Shown here: positions 12,833-26,291 of the stretch, one piece after another
Layout of the letters: the number at the start of each line of letters is the position of its first letter
Numbering within the stretch: the stretch's first letter is position 1
Source of the DNA: Felis catus
Lineage: Eukaryota
Direction: 5' to 3'
Length of the DNA stretch: 64,000 nucleotides
Assembly (NCBI RefSeq): GCF_018350175.1
Contig: NC_058368.1
Span: 28,336,001-28,400,000 of the forward strand
The notes under the pieces: generated by a model
Database searches by the model: none
What the model was told of the DNA's origin: nothing
What the model saw: only the letters and a program-made list of their open reading frames with translations
Program-made: the position numbers and the translations under genes

Positions 12833-15800
12833 CTGCTAACAGCACGTCCAACATTGGTCATCGCCGACGTCATTATTTCTGTGGTAAGGCTTTCAGCAAA
12901 GCTAACGCCATCCTGTCCAATCCCGCTATCAGCCACCAGACTGGTATTGCTCAGTTCCCTCTCTGCTTTTTCAATAGCTTCAGCAACTATCTTCTCAGCA
13001 AGCACTGTCTTCTTATCAAGACCAACATGAATTTGTGGGACATCAAGATGAAAAATTCTAGATTCCTGATAGATGTTGCTAAGTTTTGATTTAGAAGCTG
13101 GCTGACTAGTAGCAAGTGAATCCTGCCTGGAAACATGTTGAGATGAATTTCCAGTGCAATCATGCAGTTCTTTACGGTCACAATATCTGCAGGGTTGACT
13201 TATAAGAGGTGACAACTTTTCTGCATAAGTGACCCTATCAGCTGCTTTTGTGGACTCAGACGCATGGAAAACTGCAGATCCTAAACTGAGCTCTAAGGTA
13301 TCATCCGCTACTTTTTTCGCATACTGTTCTATAGCTTGAACCACACTCTCTCCATAACCAAACCCATTTAAGCTGCCTGTACTGTGGTAAAATCTGTGAT
13401 TTTGCGGGGAAGGCTGAAGAGCCTGAGGAAATTCTGGCTCAGCGGGCAACCTGGTGTCTTCATCACGTCCAGACTTTTCATAAAGGCAAGAATCTGTTAA
13501 GGATTTTGGCAAGCCAACTGTAGACACTGTCAGCTCTTTTTTAACATCTCTTGTTATGCTGTGAGCAAGAGAGGCTGAAAAACTATACAGTTCAGAGCAG
13601 TCATTTTTGTATGTATCCAGCGTCCATTCACAAGTTTTATTTTTGCAAAGGTAAACTCCACTTCTTTTACTTTGTCGTTCGTGATCTACTTCTTGGTGGT
13701 GTTCTTTATTTAAGAATATTAAGAGGTCGTTCTTGGTTGTCACCTGTGAGCTCTGCACGGAGAAAATTTTTGAGCTGCACTTCATTTGGGCTGCCTTCGC
13801 TGCTTCTCGTAACCCAGACTTAACAGATCGATAGGCAAGTCTATTGGCATACTGATCCATTATTAACTCACTATTACCACCTTCCTGTTTGAGTACTTGG
13901 ATAATGTGACCTGCATATTCGTCTGTCACGCTTTCACAGCTGGGATACTTGTACGTCAGACCAGACACACAAGAACTTGGTGGTAATGAAAGACTGGACG
14001 GATCTACTTCTTTGGGGTCTGCCAGAGCCTCCATCTCCAACTTCTCTTCTGATCTATCGTCTCGGCCACAGTCCACGTAACAACTATTCCTCCTTTGCCT
14101 GAAAAGCACACAGCTTCTAACTTTTGCTATTTTCTCAGCCTCCGTAATGACTTCTGCTGCCAGGTCACCTGCAAAATTGCGTAATATTTGTAAGTTTTCC
14201 TCTGAGTGACTTAAAGCAGTAGGTGACACACTTCTTTGACTCTTCACAGTTAAGCAAGGGCTTTTAACCTTGGGTTCCTGAGTTACTTTATTATCTAAAT
14301 GGGAAGCTGCCATTTCTGTGGCCAGAGAAATGATGTGCGTAGCTAACGATTCCGCAAACTGAACTTTCTTCCCTGAGTGCTCTGACTTCACATCCACTTC
14401 CGGATGCTCTTCGTCTTCACTGCTTTCCACTTCTTCTGAAAGAGATCGCATGAGTTTCAACATGAACTCTTCTTTTTCTATAGTATTTTGTTCACTTTCA
14501 GACAAACTACCAACAGATGAGTTGTGAGGTGTAGAGGGTGGTGTAGCAGGTGCGAATTCTTTTGCCAATTCCCCCTTGAGCTTTTTGGTTAACTTCTTGA
14601 TATCCCATTCAGAACTAGCCTGGGATGGTACTAGAGGAGTGGATGGAGGAGTATCGGGTATCACATTGCCGTCTCTAATCTTCTGTTTATCTTCCACGTG
14701 CAAACCATCTACACACGTAAGCACTGTAGAGGAGAAAGTATGTGAATGAGGACAAGGGTGGTCTTGACCAAAACACAAGGGCTCAAGTGCTGCATTATTC
14801 AAATTATCCTTTTTCATGGATTTGTCTTTAGCAACTTCCTTCAAATCAGGTTTCTGACCCACAATTGTCGGACAAGGTTGCGGTGTCTCTAAAGAAAATC
14901 CATGAGCTATAGAACCTTTACATTCTGGAACACAGTCCTTTCCTACTGAAAGTGAACAGGGGGTTAAGTGATCTTGAGCATCGAGAAATTTGGGGAACTT
15001 TTCCAAGGTCAACTGTGACTCTGCTCCAGGAACAAGCAAGTCTTCCTTGCGTTCAGCATTTTTATCTACATTTGAGATCGCCGATTTGCTTTTATCGATG
15101 GAATGTTTAATAATAGATTTAGATAATCGATCAGCAAACATATCCTTATTGCTAACTTCTCTCTGTTGCACTGTTGCTTGATCAGAACAGAAAGGAAGGG
15201 TTTCTCCCTTTACTGTTTTAGTTACACCATCTGTTCGTTCATCAACTGTTTTTGTACATTTGAATGATGTCATTGACTCTAAAGTTTCATTTACAATCGT
15301 ATGCACCATTGCTGCAGAAAAGTTGTTAATAATCACAGGATCACTTGTTAATTTTGAAGAGCTCTGCACTTCAGCAGCATCATTAGTTGGTTTAACATCA
15401 TTCTGGTTACCTGGATTGTGGTCTGAGGGTAAACAAATATTTCTGAGACACGCTACTTCCTCATCTTTGTTTTTTGTGGTAACACATGTCTGGATAGAAT
15501 CGCCATTCAAATTACTATCATCCGATGACCGATGAGATTTTGACTGATATATATTAGATGAGATATGATATGGGAGAAGGGCACTTCCTGCCAAGGGTAC
15601 TGGTATCGAAGTAACAATTCCAGAAGTACAAAACAAGGCCTGCTGTACTGTGTATTCCTTTTTATGTTCCTGCATGGGTTTTGTCTCCTTAAGGGTCTGG
15701 TTGTTAAAAGCAGGGGAAAACATCAAGGTCTGTGTCGGTGGAGCTAAATTTCCTGCACTGGCATCCTTTATGGTGTCTGTGGAAACACTAACTGCTGCCT

Positions 15801-17345
15801 TGGTTGAGAAGGTCACGCCAGCTTGTGAAAGCTCGATGAACGCTTCCTGTAATACAGACTCAGACAGGTCTTTTGCGTAGGACTTCACTGCTTTGTCTTC
15901 ATAGTCAAACGGCCAACACTGTGGAGATGCGGGTGTTGGGGGACAGGAAAACTGACACACCTCCATGATGCCTTCAAAAACAAGCTCTTCAGCAAGATCC
16001 GCAGCAAACCGAGCGACCGTGTTTGTGAATATCTGCTTTTTTACATACTGTAAATCCCTGAAAGCATTTGATAAAGCTTCACTCACCAAAAAATTAGCCA
16101 GACCACTAACAGCACGTTCTCTCAGTGAAAACGCACACTGCCTTCTCAGTTCGTTAAATGCCATCTGAAAAACAGAGGATGTCAATTTGATAGCCAGGTG
16201 ACACAACGCATTGGTACACGAAGAGACTCCTTTCTGTAAGTCTTTAAATGCACTGCCAAAACTTTTTTCCACAAGGTCCGAGGCAAATTTCTGAATAGTA
16301 TCTTTAATCATCAAGGATTTATTTTTAGATTTACTTTTTTGATCAAGGCTTCCACTGTGAAGAGCTATGGTTTTATTTTCTCCCTTCTTAATGCTATTAA
16401 TGTTTGATGTGGCATTAGTATGTTGGGTATGAAGAACAGAGCCCAGAACCTTACATGAGATGCTATTTGCATAATCCTCATAGGTGTAATAAACAGAATC
16501 ATGATCTTCATGAATCCTATCTCCACCAATATCTGTTTGGCAAAAACATTCAGCAGGAGTACAACCTCCAAGAGGGCTAAAGGCAGAGGATCGAATAGGG
16601 CTAAACAAACCACTGTCCTCCCCTGACGCCTTCACTGGGCGAGGTGAATCCGGGGCATCACACAGATTACTGTAAGGGGATTCTGGTTTACGAGGAGTTG
16701 GCTTTCTAACGTTAGCTGGGAGAGCTGGACGCTCAAACTTGAATTTTTGAGGATTCATAGTAGTAGTTACAGAACAAGATTTTTCATGTTTGTGTCCTTT
16801 CTTTTGCGACGGCTTCCCTACAACAGGATCTTTTAGAAATGGACAAGAAGTCTCTAAAGTTTGTTCTAACTCATCAAACTGATCAAAACTATCAAAAAAT
16901 TCACTTACTTCTGAGTCTGAATCCTCTATATCATCTTTCATCACGGGAATTTTAGGTAACTCAAGTTTTGCTTTTAAACTTTTTTGATATCCTTCTTCAT
17001 CCAAGAAAATAACAGGACTTGGACTTGAGCATTCAGATTCAGAGGAATAGGCAGGAGAAGAAGAAAAAAACATTTTCTGTGTATCACTACCTTTATCTGA
17101 AGCATTAGATGATCTATAGAAACTCTTTTGGATCCAAGGCTCAGAAATTAGTGTTGTGACTGAAGTTTTCACAGAAGGTAGTTCTTTATGTCCCAGCATA
17201 TTTATTAAGGAAGTTGAAGGTTTAGCCAATGACTTCTGCCTCCCAGAGCTAACCAGAATTCTTAAATCATGGGTTTCTAGATGGTGACCAGAAGAAGTCT
17301 GTGAAGCAGCATCACACTGGCTCTTTAGTGCGGCAAGGTTTATTC
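12833..17345 (-). CDS. AKAP11: AKAP11 exon 8 (giant 4513-nt exon)
   Basis: TATAG|GA ... AGCAG|GTGAGT; contains the 1466-aa ORF with EFFDSFDQ, TPPSTP twice, KVQF and LAEKIVAEAIEKAEREL; phase 1-2. Confidence 0.98.
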
Positions 17346-17931
17346 CTATAGGAAAAGAATAAAGTGATCAAATTATTCTTGAACAGAATCTTTTAAAAAT
17401 TAATTCACATCAATGGGAATAAGTAGACTTTAAGCATGAAATATTTATTTGTAACATAAATGACTTCTACACTCTGTGGTTTACCAGGTTCCTCCCAAAT
17501 GAATTTGAGAGCAAATACACCTTTCACTAACATAATTCCATTTTACCTCACACATGGGAATATCTGGGTCTACAAAATGCTTAGTTTCTTGTCGCTGTGT
17601 GTTAGAAACACTAATATCGTCCCTCTGCCAGGTAACCCTTCTCAAATTTGAACCCAGGCATGGTCCAAACACTTAATGTAATGAAGCAAACACTGCTTGA
17701 ACAGTACTACCAAAATAAGAACAGAAATAGCAAAACTAAAAACCAGGTAACAATGAACTTAAAAATCGTAAGAAAAATTCCTTGCACAATCAAAAAAACA
17801 AACAGGTAAAATGCTCAAACGGTATCAAATTTCAAAATAAATTTCAATGGAACAGGCAGCCTTAAAACTTTTAAAACCGAACATCAGACTTTAATTTCCT
17901 ATTTCAAGAGAAAGTCTAGTAAAGAACAAAC

Positions 17932-18196
17932 CATCAGTAAATGGCTTTAAAGGCTCTTCTTCCTCTAAGTGCTCAAAAGCAGTGACAAAGTCATCCTCTA
18001 TGGAAGACACGGACTGGTTGGTGTCGTCATCATCTTCCTGAGCAGTCTCAAGTTGGCGCTTCTGATGCAAGTATGTGTCCAGGGTATATCTTATACCAGT
18101 AGCGTATTTACTTAGCAGGCTAAAGATAAAATCAATTCTGAGCCTTGGTAATGTAGGTGACACTCTCATGACACAGAGCATTCCAGAATGGTGACT
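17932..18196 (-). CDS. AKAP11: AKAP11 exon 7, SHHSGMLCVMRVSP...IEDDFVTAFEHLEEEEPLKPFTD
   Basis: 265 nt, CCAAG| ... GATG|GTTTGT; overlaps ORF 17891..18181; phase 0-1. Confidence 0.95.
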
Positions 18197-19567
18197 CTTG
18201 GGGAAGATGAAAGATGATAAAAAATAATTTTAATTTCAACATGTATTACACAAACAAAGCACAGTATCTGGAAAGTGAAGTCTAGAAATAACACAATCTC
18301 GGGAAAAAAAGAAATGCATGGATCCTGGAAGGCTCCCTGATTTTGTACTGTTTAATTCTTTTCTTCATTCTTTCTCTACATTTCTCACTTCCCAATCTCT
18401 TTTCCTCCCAATCTTTCTCCCATCCGGCATTCAAATTCCACCTCCTCTAGCTCCTTAAATGTTACAGAACTTACCACCCATACCCTTGGCAATTATGCTT
18501 TCCTATATTACTATAAGCCCTAGGAGTTCCCTTGCTCATTAACCTAGCTCACCAACTACACTGTAAACTGCATGAGGGCAAGAACCAGGTTCTGTTCTAT
18601 TTTTGTATCCCATTTTACAGTGGTTTCCAGCATGATACCACCTTCTCTCCTATTATAAAAGAATCTTCCCCTCCTTTGACCTAAATTCCCCTAGTTTTAC
18701 AATTTACCATGATGTTTACAGCTTTGATTAGGAATCTAAGTCATCAGATTTTTTCCATATATATTATCTTAAAAAACGCAAATATTGACAAATGACTTAT
18801 TGGAAAAGGTGGAAACTAAATAGCTAATCACCTCTTGTAATCCTAGCAAATAAAACAAAGTAAATATAAATGAAGAATATAATTAAGGAAATGAGGCAAG
18901 CAGTCCTATTGTTATCTGTAGACCTCCATATGAACACTGTAGTTTTTTAATACTTGGAATAATAAGTAACTCAAATTTTAAACCCACTAACTCAATTTTT
19001 AGGAGGTAAAAAATGCAAAGCATTTATCTTTGATGTATTATTAACAAAATAATACTTAGTAAAGAACTGAAAGCTGAAGGTTATAAAACTACCTACCTGT
19101 CTGAAATGGTGACATTTTTATTTACAAATAAAGAACATGTCTTCCAATGTCCACTTTACACTGAATTTTTTTAGCCAGAAAACAAGTTAAAGTATGTTCT
19201 CTAAAACACAATATTTATATAAATTTGGAAATGGTCATAAAAGGGGAAAGTGCCTATAGTTTATACAAAGGTAGAAGAAATTCAAGAAACCCAGAAATGT
19301 ATTTTCTAAAACAAATTAATATGTACTGGGCATTATCATTTAGGGAACTTCACACATGAAAAATCTAATTGAAAGCTATCACCAAAGTTATTCAATCCTT
19401 CAGTAATTTCAAAGCTTCATGAGTTATGTTTCTTATAAATAGTATTTCCTTGAGACAGCATTTTAAAAAAAAGAAACTTGAAGCATTTAAAAGTTTAATA
19501 CTGTCCATCAAGTGTCATTGTAAAATTTGCCCTGAAAAACTCATTAGAAATTATATGTAAAAGTTAC

Positions 19568-19702
19568 CTGACTTGGAGAACCATTGTTTCCATCTGATGA
19601 TTTATTTATATCCTTCATACAAATAATTTCATTTTCATTTAGACTGCAGAAGTGCAGTGAATTCAGAAGATCTGGAAGTTCCAAAGAAACTGCAGCTAAA
19701 TC
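19568..19702 (-). CDS. AKAP11: AKAP11 exon 6, DLAAVSLELPDLLNSLHFCSLNENEIICMKDINKSSDGNNGSPSQ
   Basis: 135 nt, ATTAG| ... CAG|GTAACT. Confidence 0.95.
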
Positions 19703-19741
19703 CTAATTTAAAACGATACAATAAATAACAGTTTAAGAAAA

Positions 19742-19939
19742 TTTTTTTTTAAGTTTATTTGAGAGAGAGAGAGAGAGCACGCATGCAGAAGGGGCAGAGA
19801 GAGGGGGAGAGAGAGAGAATCCCAAGCAAGCTTTGTACTGTCAGTGCAAAGCCTGACTCAGGTCTCACACTCATGAACCGTGAGATCATGACCAGAGCCA
19901 AAGTCAGACGCTTAACCGACTGAACCACCCAGCTGCCCC
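19742..19939 (-). mobile_element. Can-SINE, 40 nt from the exon 6 acceptor
   Basis: Reverse SINE head GGGGCAGCTGGGTGGTTCAGTC, (CT)n and A tail. Confidence 0.92.
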
Positions 19940-20544
19940 ATAACACTTTTGTTAAGACTCCTATAATGTGGGCTTTGTCTGAAAATCATAAGGTCCACTG
20001 GTGAATATAATTTCCAGTTCAAAATAGTTAATATAGTTTATCATACACAATCAATTTAACTTAAAAATAAAATGTACTAAAATATTGTAATACCTGCTGT
20101 TTCTGCAGCCTTTTCAAGTACTGATATCAAGCTACAAAGCATTTTTACATGGTACCTCCTGAATCCATGACAATTAGGCTTTTAAGAGTTTTTAGCTGCA
20201 AATATCAACCTGCAATCTTCAGGTTAACCATGGAATTTTCATACATATAGAGATTCTTCCCAATAGAATGTACTTCTTGGAGCTAAAGTTTTACGTTTGC
20301 AAAATACAAATCTATTTTTCGGCCTTTCCTCTCCAACATATTGTATTAGATTTTAACTGAAAAATTTATGAAGATATAAAGAAAATAGATTTTATTATTT
20401 TACTTATTTGTCCTTTTTATGTAAATATTTAACCCAGTGAAAGAATTATTAATATCTTTGACCCCTCAAAGAGTACTTTCCTTTATAAACATGGCTTTAT
20501 CAGTAACTCTTAAAGAGGAACTAGAGTACGAGACAAATACTTTA

Positions 20545-20760
20545 GGGGGCGCCTGGGTGGCTCAGTCGGTTAAGCATCTGACTTCAGCTCAGGTCATGAT
20601 CTCACAGTTCGTGAGTTCGAGCCCCAAGTGCGGCTCTGTGCTGACACCTCAGATCCTGAAGCCTGCTTCGGATTCTGTGTCTCCCTCTCTCTCTCTACCC
20701 CTCCCCTGCTCATGTTCTGTCTCTCTCTGTCTCAAAAATAAATAAATATTAAAAAAAAAA
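20545..20760 (+). mobile_element. Can-SINE
   Basis: Head and tail; AAATACTT flanking repeat. Confidence 0.93.
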
Positions 20761-20843
20761 TACTTCAGAACACTTCTCTTTTCAGCCTTATGTTCTCAGG
20801 AATATGTCTTCTCTTGCGCCTTCTGTCTAAGCTATTTCCTTCA

Positions 20844-21052
20844 GGGGCGCCTGGGTGGCTCAGTCAGTTAAGCGTCTGACTCTTGGTCTCAGCTCAGGTC
20901 ATGATCTCACAGTTGGTGTGTTCAAGCCCTTCATCAGGGCTGACAGTGTGAAGCCTGTTAGGGATTCTCTCTCTGCCCCTCCCCCACACGTGTGCACACA
21001 TATACACACACTCTCAAAACAAATACACTTTCAACAATTAAATAAAAATAAA
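20844..21052 (+). mobile_element. Can-SINE (older)
   Basis: Head and tail; degenerate TSD ending TTCCTTCAG. Confidence 0.9.
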
Positions 21053-21788
21053 CTACTTCCTTCAGGCAAGGGCACAATCAAAACACACGGCAGAATTTTC
21101 ATTATTGCCTGATATGCATTATTCATAAAGAAGTGAACGGTATTACCTCTTCTATTAGGAGACACTTTACTACCACAAAAGGAAACACGTGGCAACCACA
21201 AATATTAAGAAGCAGCATAAGGTATAAAAAAAAAGTATGCCTACCACATCTGCAAGAGCTTCAACCCTCTTTATGTAACTGTGAAACTTTCCTTTGCTGA
21301 TCATAATCTCAACTACCAGTCTCTCTAAATACCTGCCAAAATCAGGCTAAAATTTTTGCATTAGCTAATCATTAGTTTTTACAAATTTCACCTTCTAAAT
21401 TTAACACTATCTCAATTAAAAATATAATAATCTGAGGAAGTCAGATTTTAAGGCCATCCAAAATAAAAAAGAAGTCTTACTTGCTACGTTATGCACAGAA
21501 TGGAAGGAAAGTTAGCCTGTGGCTTGCAGCCTTCTCAGATATATCACACTTGTGGTCTCCTAACCTAAAACTGCTCTCTGTAACAAGAATACTCTGAAAA
21601 TGCTAGAAGTGAAAATGCCCAAAGCACACTCAAAAGCAGATCTCAAAATGTCATCTTTTAGCTTCAAATAGGAATGATAACAGAAGAGTTGAATGTACAT
21701 TTTAGGCAAATAAGGCAAATCTCATGGTCTCAAAATTTGTTCCAAATAATCTCTCATGGTCTTTTCCAGTTCAATAAATCAACCATAC

Positions 21789-21836
21789 CTGTATGTGAGC
21801 AGCATCTGTTTCTTCATTAAAACCTAGAAATGTGAC
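21789..21836 (-). CDS. AKAP11: AKAP11 exon 5, VTFLGFNEETDAAHIQ
   Basis: 48 nt, TTCAG| ... CAG|GTATGG. Confidence 0.95.
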
Positions 21837-21934
21837 CTGAATAAAAAAGGAATAAATCTCCATTGAGTTTTTAAGTCTTATCTCAATTATTGACAGAGCT
21901 GAGAAATAGAAAAAAGCACATAAAATGTTAAAAT

Positions 21935-22030
21935 GCTGACTGCTATATACAAATGTTGAATCATTCTGTAATATACCTGAAACTGGTTATGCTACAGGTT
22001 GATTATACCTCAATTAAAAACATTTTTTAA
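21935..22030 (+). mobile_element. L1 (carnivore) 3' end fragment
   Basis: GTTGAATCATT...ACCTGAAAC...TATACCTCAATTAAAAA. Confidence 0.65.
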
Positions 22031-23828
22031 ATGATGTCATGGACAAAATGATTCAAATTTTCAAAGATCACCACAAAGGATTTTTACCAAAGATGCGTCT
22101 CCGTAGTGCAGCTCTTCAACCTTCCCCACGTCCACTCCATTCGCAAATTCAATCAGTTCTACTCCACACACCCATCTCCCATACGTCCGCTTCTCTCCAT
22201 GCCCCTGCCACCACTTCCCTGCATGACTACAGTCCTGTCCCACCCGGTCTCAGGAATGATGTCACCTCCTCGTCAAAACCCTTCCACACCTCCCACTGCA
22301 AAGTCCTAACTGAGGCTCCAAGGTTCTGGGTTAGCTGGTGCTTTCAACCTTTCCTTGCTTACAGTCATACACATGGGTCCCCTTTCTGGGTCTAGAACAT
22401 GCCTAAGGGCTTTGCAGTAATGCCCCCTCAACCTGGATCACTGCTCCTCGGATGTTTACATGCCTCGCTCCTCCTCATTCTTCAAGAGCCAACTTAAATG
22501 TCACCCCCTCAGAGAGGCCTTCCCTGGGTAGGCCCCAAGACTCCTTACTGACTCCCTGTGATATTATCACTTGTTTCCTTCAACACCCATATAATAGAGA
22601 TTTCTCTGCAAAAGTTTATATAAATTGAATTCCTAAAGAATATCTAATGGCATGAGAAAATGTCACATTACGTAAAAAGGACAAGTTACAGAAAAGATGA
22701 CACAGGTATATACACAATTTCAACCTTATTTTTAAAAACATACACATGAAAAACAATACTGGAAGGCGACACACCAAGTAAGCAGTGATTAACTCTAGAT
22801 GGTAGAATTATATAAGTGTTCTTATTTTTTGCTACTTTTTTTCACCATGTTTTTCTTTTCCCTGAATTCGTAAGATTAATTACAGGCATTCTTTTTCATT
22901 TCAGTATTTCTTAATTTTCTATAAGCATTACATACTACTTTTGTAACCCCAAAAAAGTATTATTTTTAAAATTTATATTATCTTTAGGTCTGCCACATCA
23001 TAGGAAGGAAAATTTTCCATTTGAAGACAAAAATCTACTAAACAAGTACTATGACTAAAAATATGAAATACTTAAATGACAGCAATATGGATAATCAATT
23101 CTCAAGAATTATGGGAAAGCAGCACAGTTAAAACAGAAAGCAACACTCAATGTACTTTTGATCCCTTTCTGATGAGTTACAACCAAGTCACAATATTCTA
23201 TTACCCCGGGATCCTTATTCTGATATGGTTATTACTTCCCAAAAGTGTTCAGTTAATTCCAGGTTTCTAGGTACACTGTTTGGCTCCAAGAGCCAGTCTC
23301 CTCATCTATAAAACTTAAAGCAATACAACTCCTCTTCCACGGTTGGGAGGGTTAACAACACAATGTGGAGGAAAGTGCCTGGCACAGCACAGGCACTCAG
23401 TAACAAAGAGACACTTAAAAACAAACTTCCTTTCTTCGAAAAAATACTTTGAGCTACGCACACCCTCAAGTGAGACAGAAATTCCTGCTATTCTTTCAAG
23501 TTTCCTTTTACTGTATACAAAAAAGAAAATAAGTTGACATGGGGTTTTGAAGATGCCAGTAGTTTTATATTTCCCATTGACCAAGGAAGGCCTTGCCAAG
23601 GAATGTGGGCTCGGAAAGGCACTACGTCAGCAGCTAGAGAAAACAGGCTGGAAAACTGAGGGCAGAAGGACACAGGAGACCTGTCACACTTGGCAACAAC
23701 TGAAGAGATTAAGGGTGGCTGGGCTTTACTAAAGTAAAGCAGGAGGGATAACAAAGAAGATAACAGGCAAGAGCCACAGAAATTAGCAGACACAAATAGA
23801 AAAGGCTTGGGTCAGAGAACACTAGGCC

Positions 23829-23861
<33 letters not shown>

Positions 23862-23934
23862 ATACATACATACACACACATATATATATACACACACACA
23901 CACATATATATATACATATATATATGTATATATA
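23829..23934. repeat. Compound (TA)n/(TG)n/(CA)n microsatellite
   Basis: Read directly from the sequence. Confidence 0.95.
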
Positions 23935-24643
23935 AGAAAATCCCTATTTTTTATTAGATCCTTGGTTTCAAAAAAATTTTTTTTTAACTAACATACTTAT
24001 CATCTTTGAGCTTGAATAACCTAATATCTTACTTCTCTCATTTGGTAACATTGGTAACATGAATGTGTTGATTAACTACAGCTGTAATGCAAGAAAAAAT
24101 TTACTTCTTTTCACAGTAATAAATCCAAACAAAGACTGGAAACACTGATGTAGCACAGAAATAGGTGAGCAAGTAGTTAGTGTATCTTTAGTATATATAT
24201 TAATTTCAAAATAAATTTATCACTACTTTTTCATTTTGTATCAAAGTGCTGAATTTAAATAACCAAGAAAACTAACAATAGCCCAAAAAATGAATATACG
24301 AAAATAGTATATATTTCATGTTTCAGAGTACAGCAGGAATCATCTAACATAGTGCTGTATGTCCAATGAGTGATCAACAACGTCTATGCACTGAATTAAA
24401 TGTGCTCGTTATAATACACTAAGACAATTATGTTGGTGGATATTTAAAACAGGTACTTCTCATACTGAATTAATATAGAGAGATTTTAAACAATTTAAAA
24501 ATAGACGATGCAGCTTTACAAAGGATGAAAATACACAAAAGTACCATGTGTTTTATTATGAAAAGATATAGAAAGTATTACAAAATAGCATGAAGATACA
24601 CTGTGTTTTATTAGGAAAAGATATAGAAAGTATTATGTCAAAC

Positions 24644-24760
24644 CTCAGTCAAATTGGCATGTTCCTCCTGCTTTAAACAGTCCTCCGCTGATACACTGCA
24701 TAGTTCCTTCTCACTCTGTAATAAAGACTTGACCGACTGGAACACATCTTCACTGAAACT
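24644..24760 (-). CDS. AKAP11: AKAP11 exon 4, SFSEDVFQSVKSLLQSEKELCSVSAEDCLKQEEHANLTE
   Basis: 117 nt, TTTCAG| ... GAG|GTTTGA, phase 0-0. Confidence 0.95.
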
Positions 24761-25861
24761 CTGAAAATAAAAGATACTCTTAATTTAGTTAATTCTAAGA
24801 CAAGGTAAAAGATCCTGGAGATATTCTACTTTTAAGTGTACAGTCACTAACTCTCCAATTAATATGCATTTGATATCTACAGAATATCTACAGAATTCAA
24901 TAGAGCTGAGAGGAAGAAAGAACAAAAGGCTTATTTAAGTAGAGTTCCAAGTGATCAAAACACACACACACCATAGCCCAGGCATTCGACCTATTAGAAG
25001 CTCATGAGGCCCTCACAATGGGTACACTTACTCTTACCCTACACTAAAACCCAACAGACTACATGCCTGATTTCCTAGTCATTGGCAGAACAGAAGAAAC
25101 AATTTATATAAGGAGTGAGATGATGTGGAAACTGTAATAAGGCATGCTAACAAAAGTGATTATTCTCATAACAAAGTTGGAGATGGAAAAGAAAGAGAGT
25201 AACCTGAACTAAGGCTTTTCAGGGTCTTAACACAACTAGATGATAAGGCTTTCCAGATTTGGTAGAAGAAAGGTCACAAGTGCAAAGGAACAGATGGAAG
25301 AAAAATTTATATAAAGAAAATAATGAGTATGATAGTCAGACATAAAGAGAACGTTAATTTCCTTCTACCATATTCTTCCACTGATTTGTTGATCTGCTCT
25401 TCTATCAGAAATGTCCTTACTCTCTAATCTTCCCCTGTAGAAATCCTACCCAGTCCAAGACCTATAAAGATTTTCTCACCCCTTAGTCATTATCAAAGTT
25501 TCTATTGTATTGTCTGCACACTGAGATCATGAAGTCCATATCATAACACATCACCATTACTGTCTCTACATGTACTTGTCTTTCCTACCATTAAACTAAA
25601 TTATTAAGGTCAGAGACTACATTTTATTCAATGTTTCCTCAGATTTCAGTACCTCACGTACTATATGAACTCAGTAAATGTTTGCTAATTTTAATAAATT
25701 AGAAATTAGTGGAAATCTTTGGTTTAAGAGATACACGTAATATGAAACCAAAGCAGTCAAGAAAATAACGTAATGTTAAATTTGAATACAAATTATCAAT
25801 ATGAACTCATGATTCTTTAAACACATGTACTACATTTTTCCATTAAAAGATCACAGAAGCA

Positions 25862-26064
25862 GGGTGCCTGGGTGGCTCAGTTGTTTAAGGGTCTGGTTCT
25901 TGGTTTCAGCTCAGGTCATGGTCTTGCAGATTCGTGGGTTCCAGCCCCACACTCTAAGCTGGCAGTGAGGAGCCTGCTTGGGATTCTCTCTTTCCTCTCT
26001 CACTGCCCCTCCCAGACTCGTGCCGTCCCTCTCTCTAAATAAATAAATTCATTAAAAAAGAAAA
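25862..26064 (+). mobile_element. Can-SINE
   Basis: TSD AAAAGATCACAGAAGCA on both sides. Confidence 0.92.
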
Positions 26065-26291
26065 AAAGATCACAGAAGCAATGACCCTCAGTAGTAATGA
26101 GCATACCCAGCACCCAGATTTTGGTTTCTAAATACCATTTGCTAATAAAAGAACTAGAGCTCCTTAGGAAAATGGCTGGTTCCAAGCTGGAGGCAGAGAA
26201 AACATGATGTGTGGATGGAACATTTTAATTGTGACAGAAAGCAATGAAGACCTCAGGGACTAAATGGGTCATTTCAAAAGAACACAGAAGC

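Noticed and set aside
12829..17229. 1466-aa ORF as a standalone single-exon gene
   Set aside because: Its start is a TTG inside exon 8; the frame continues to the acceptor at 17345 and splices out at 12833
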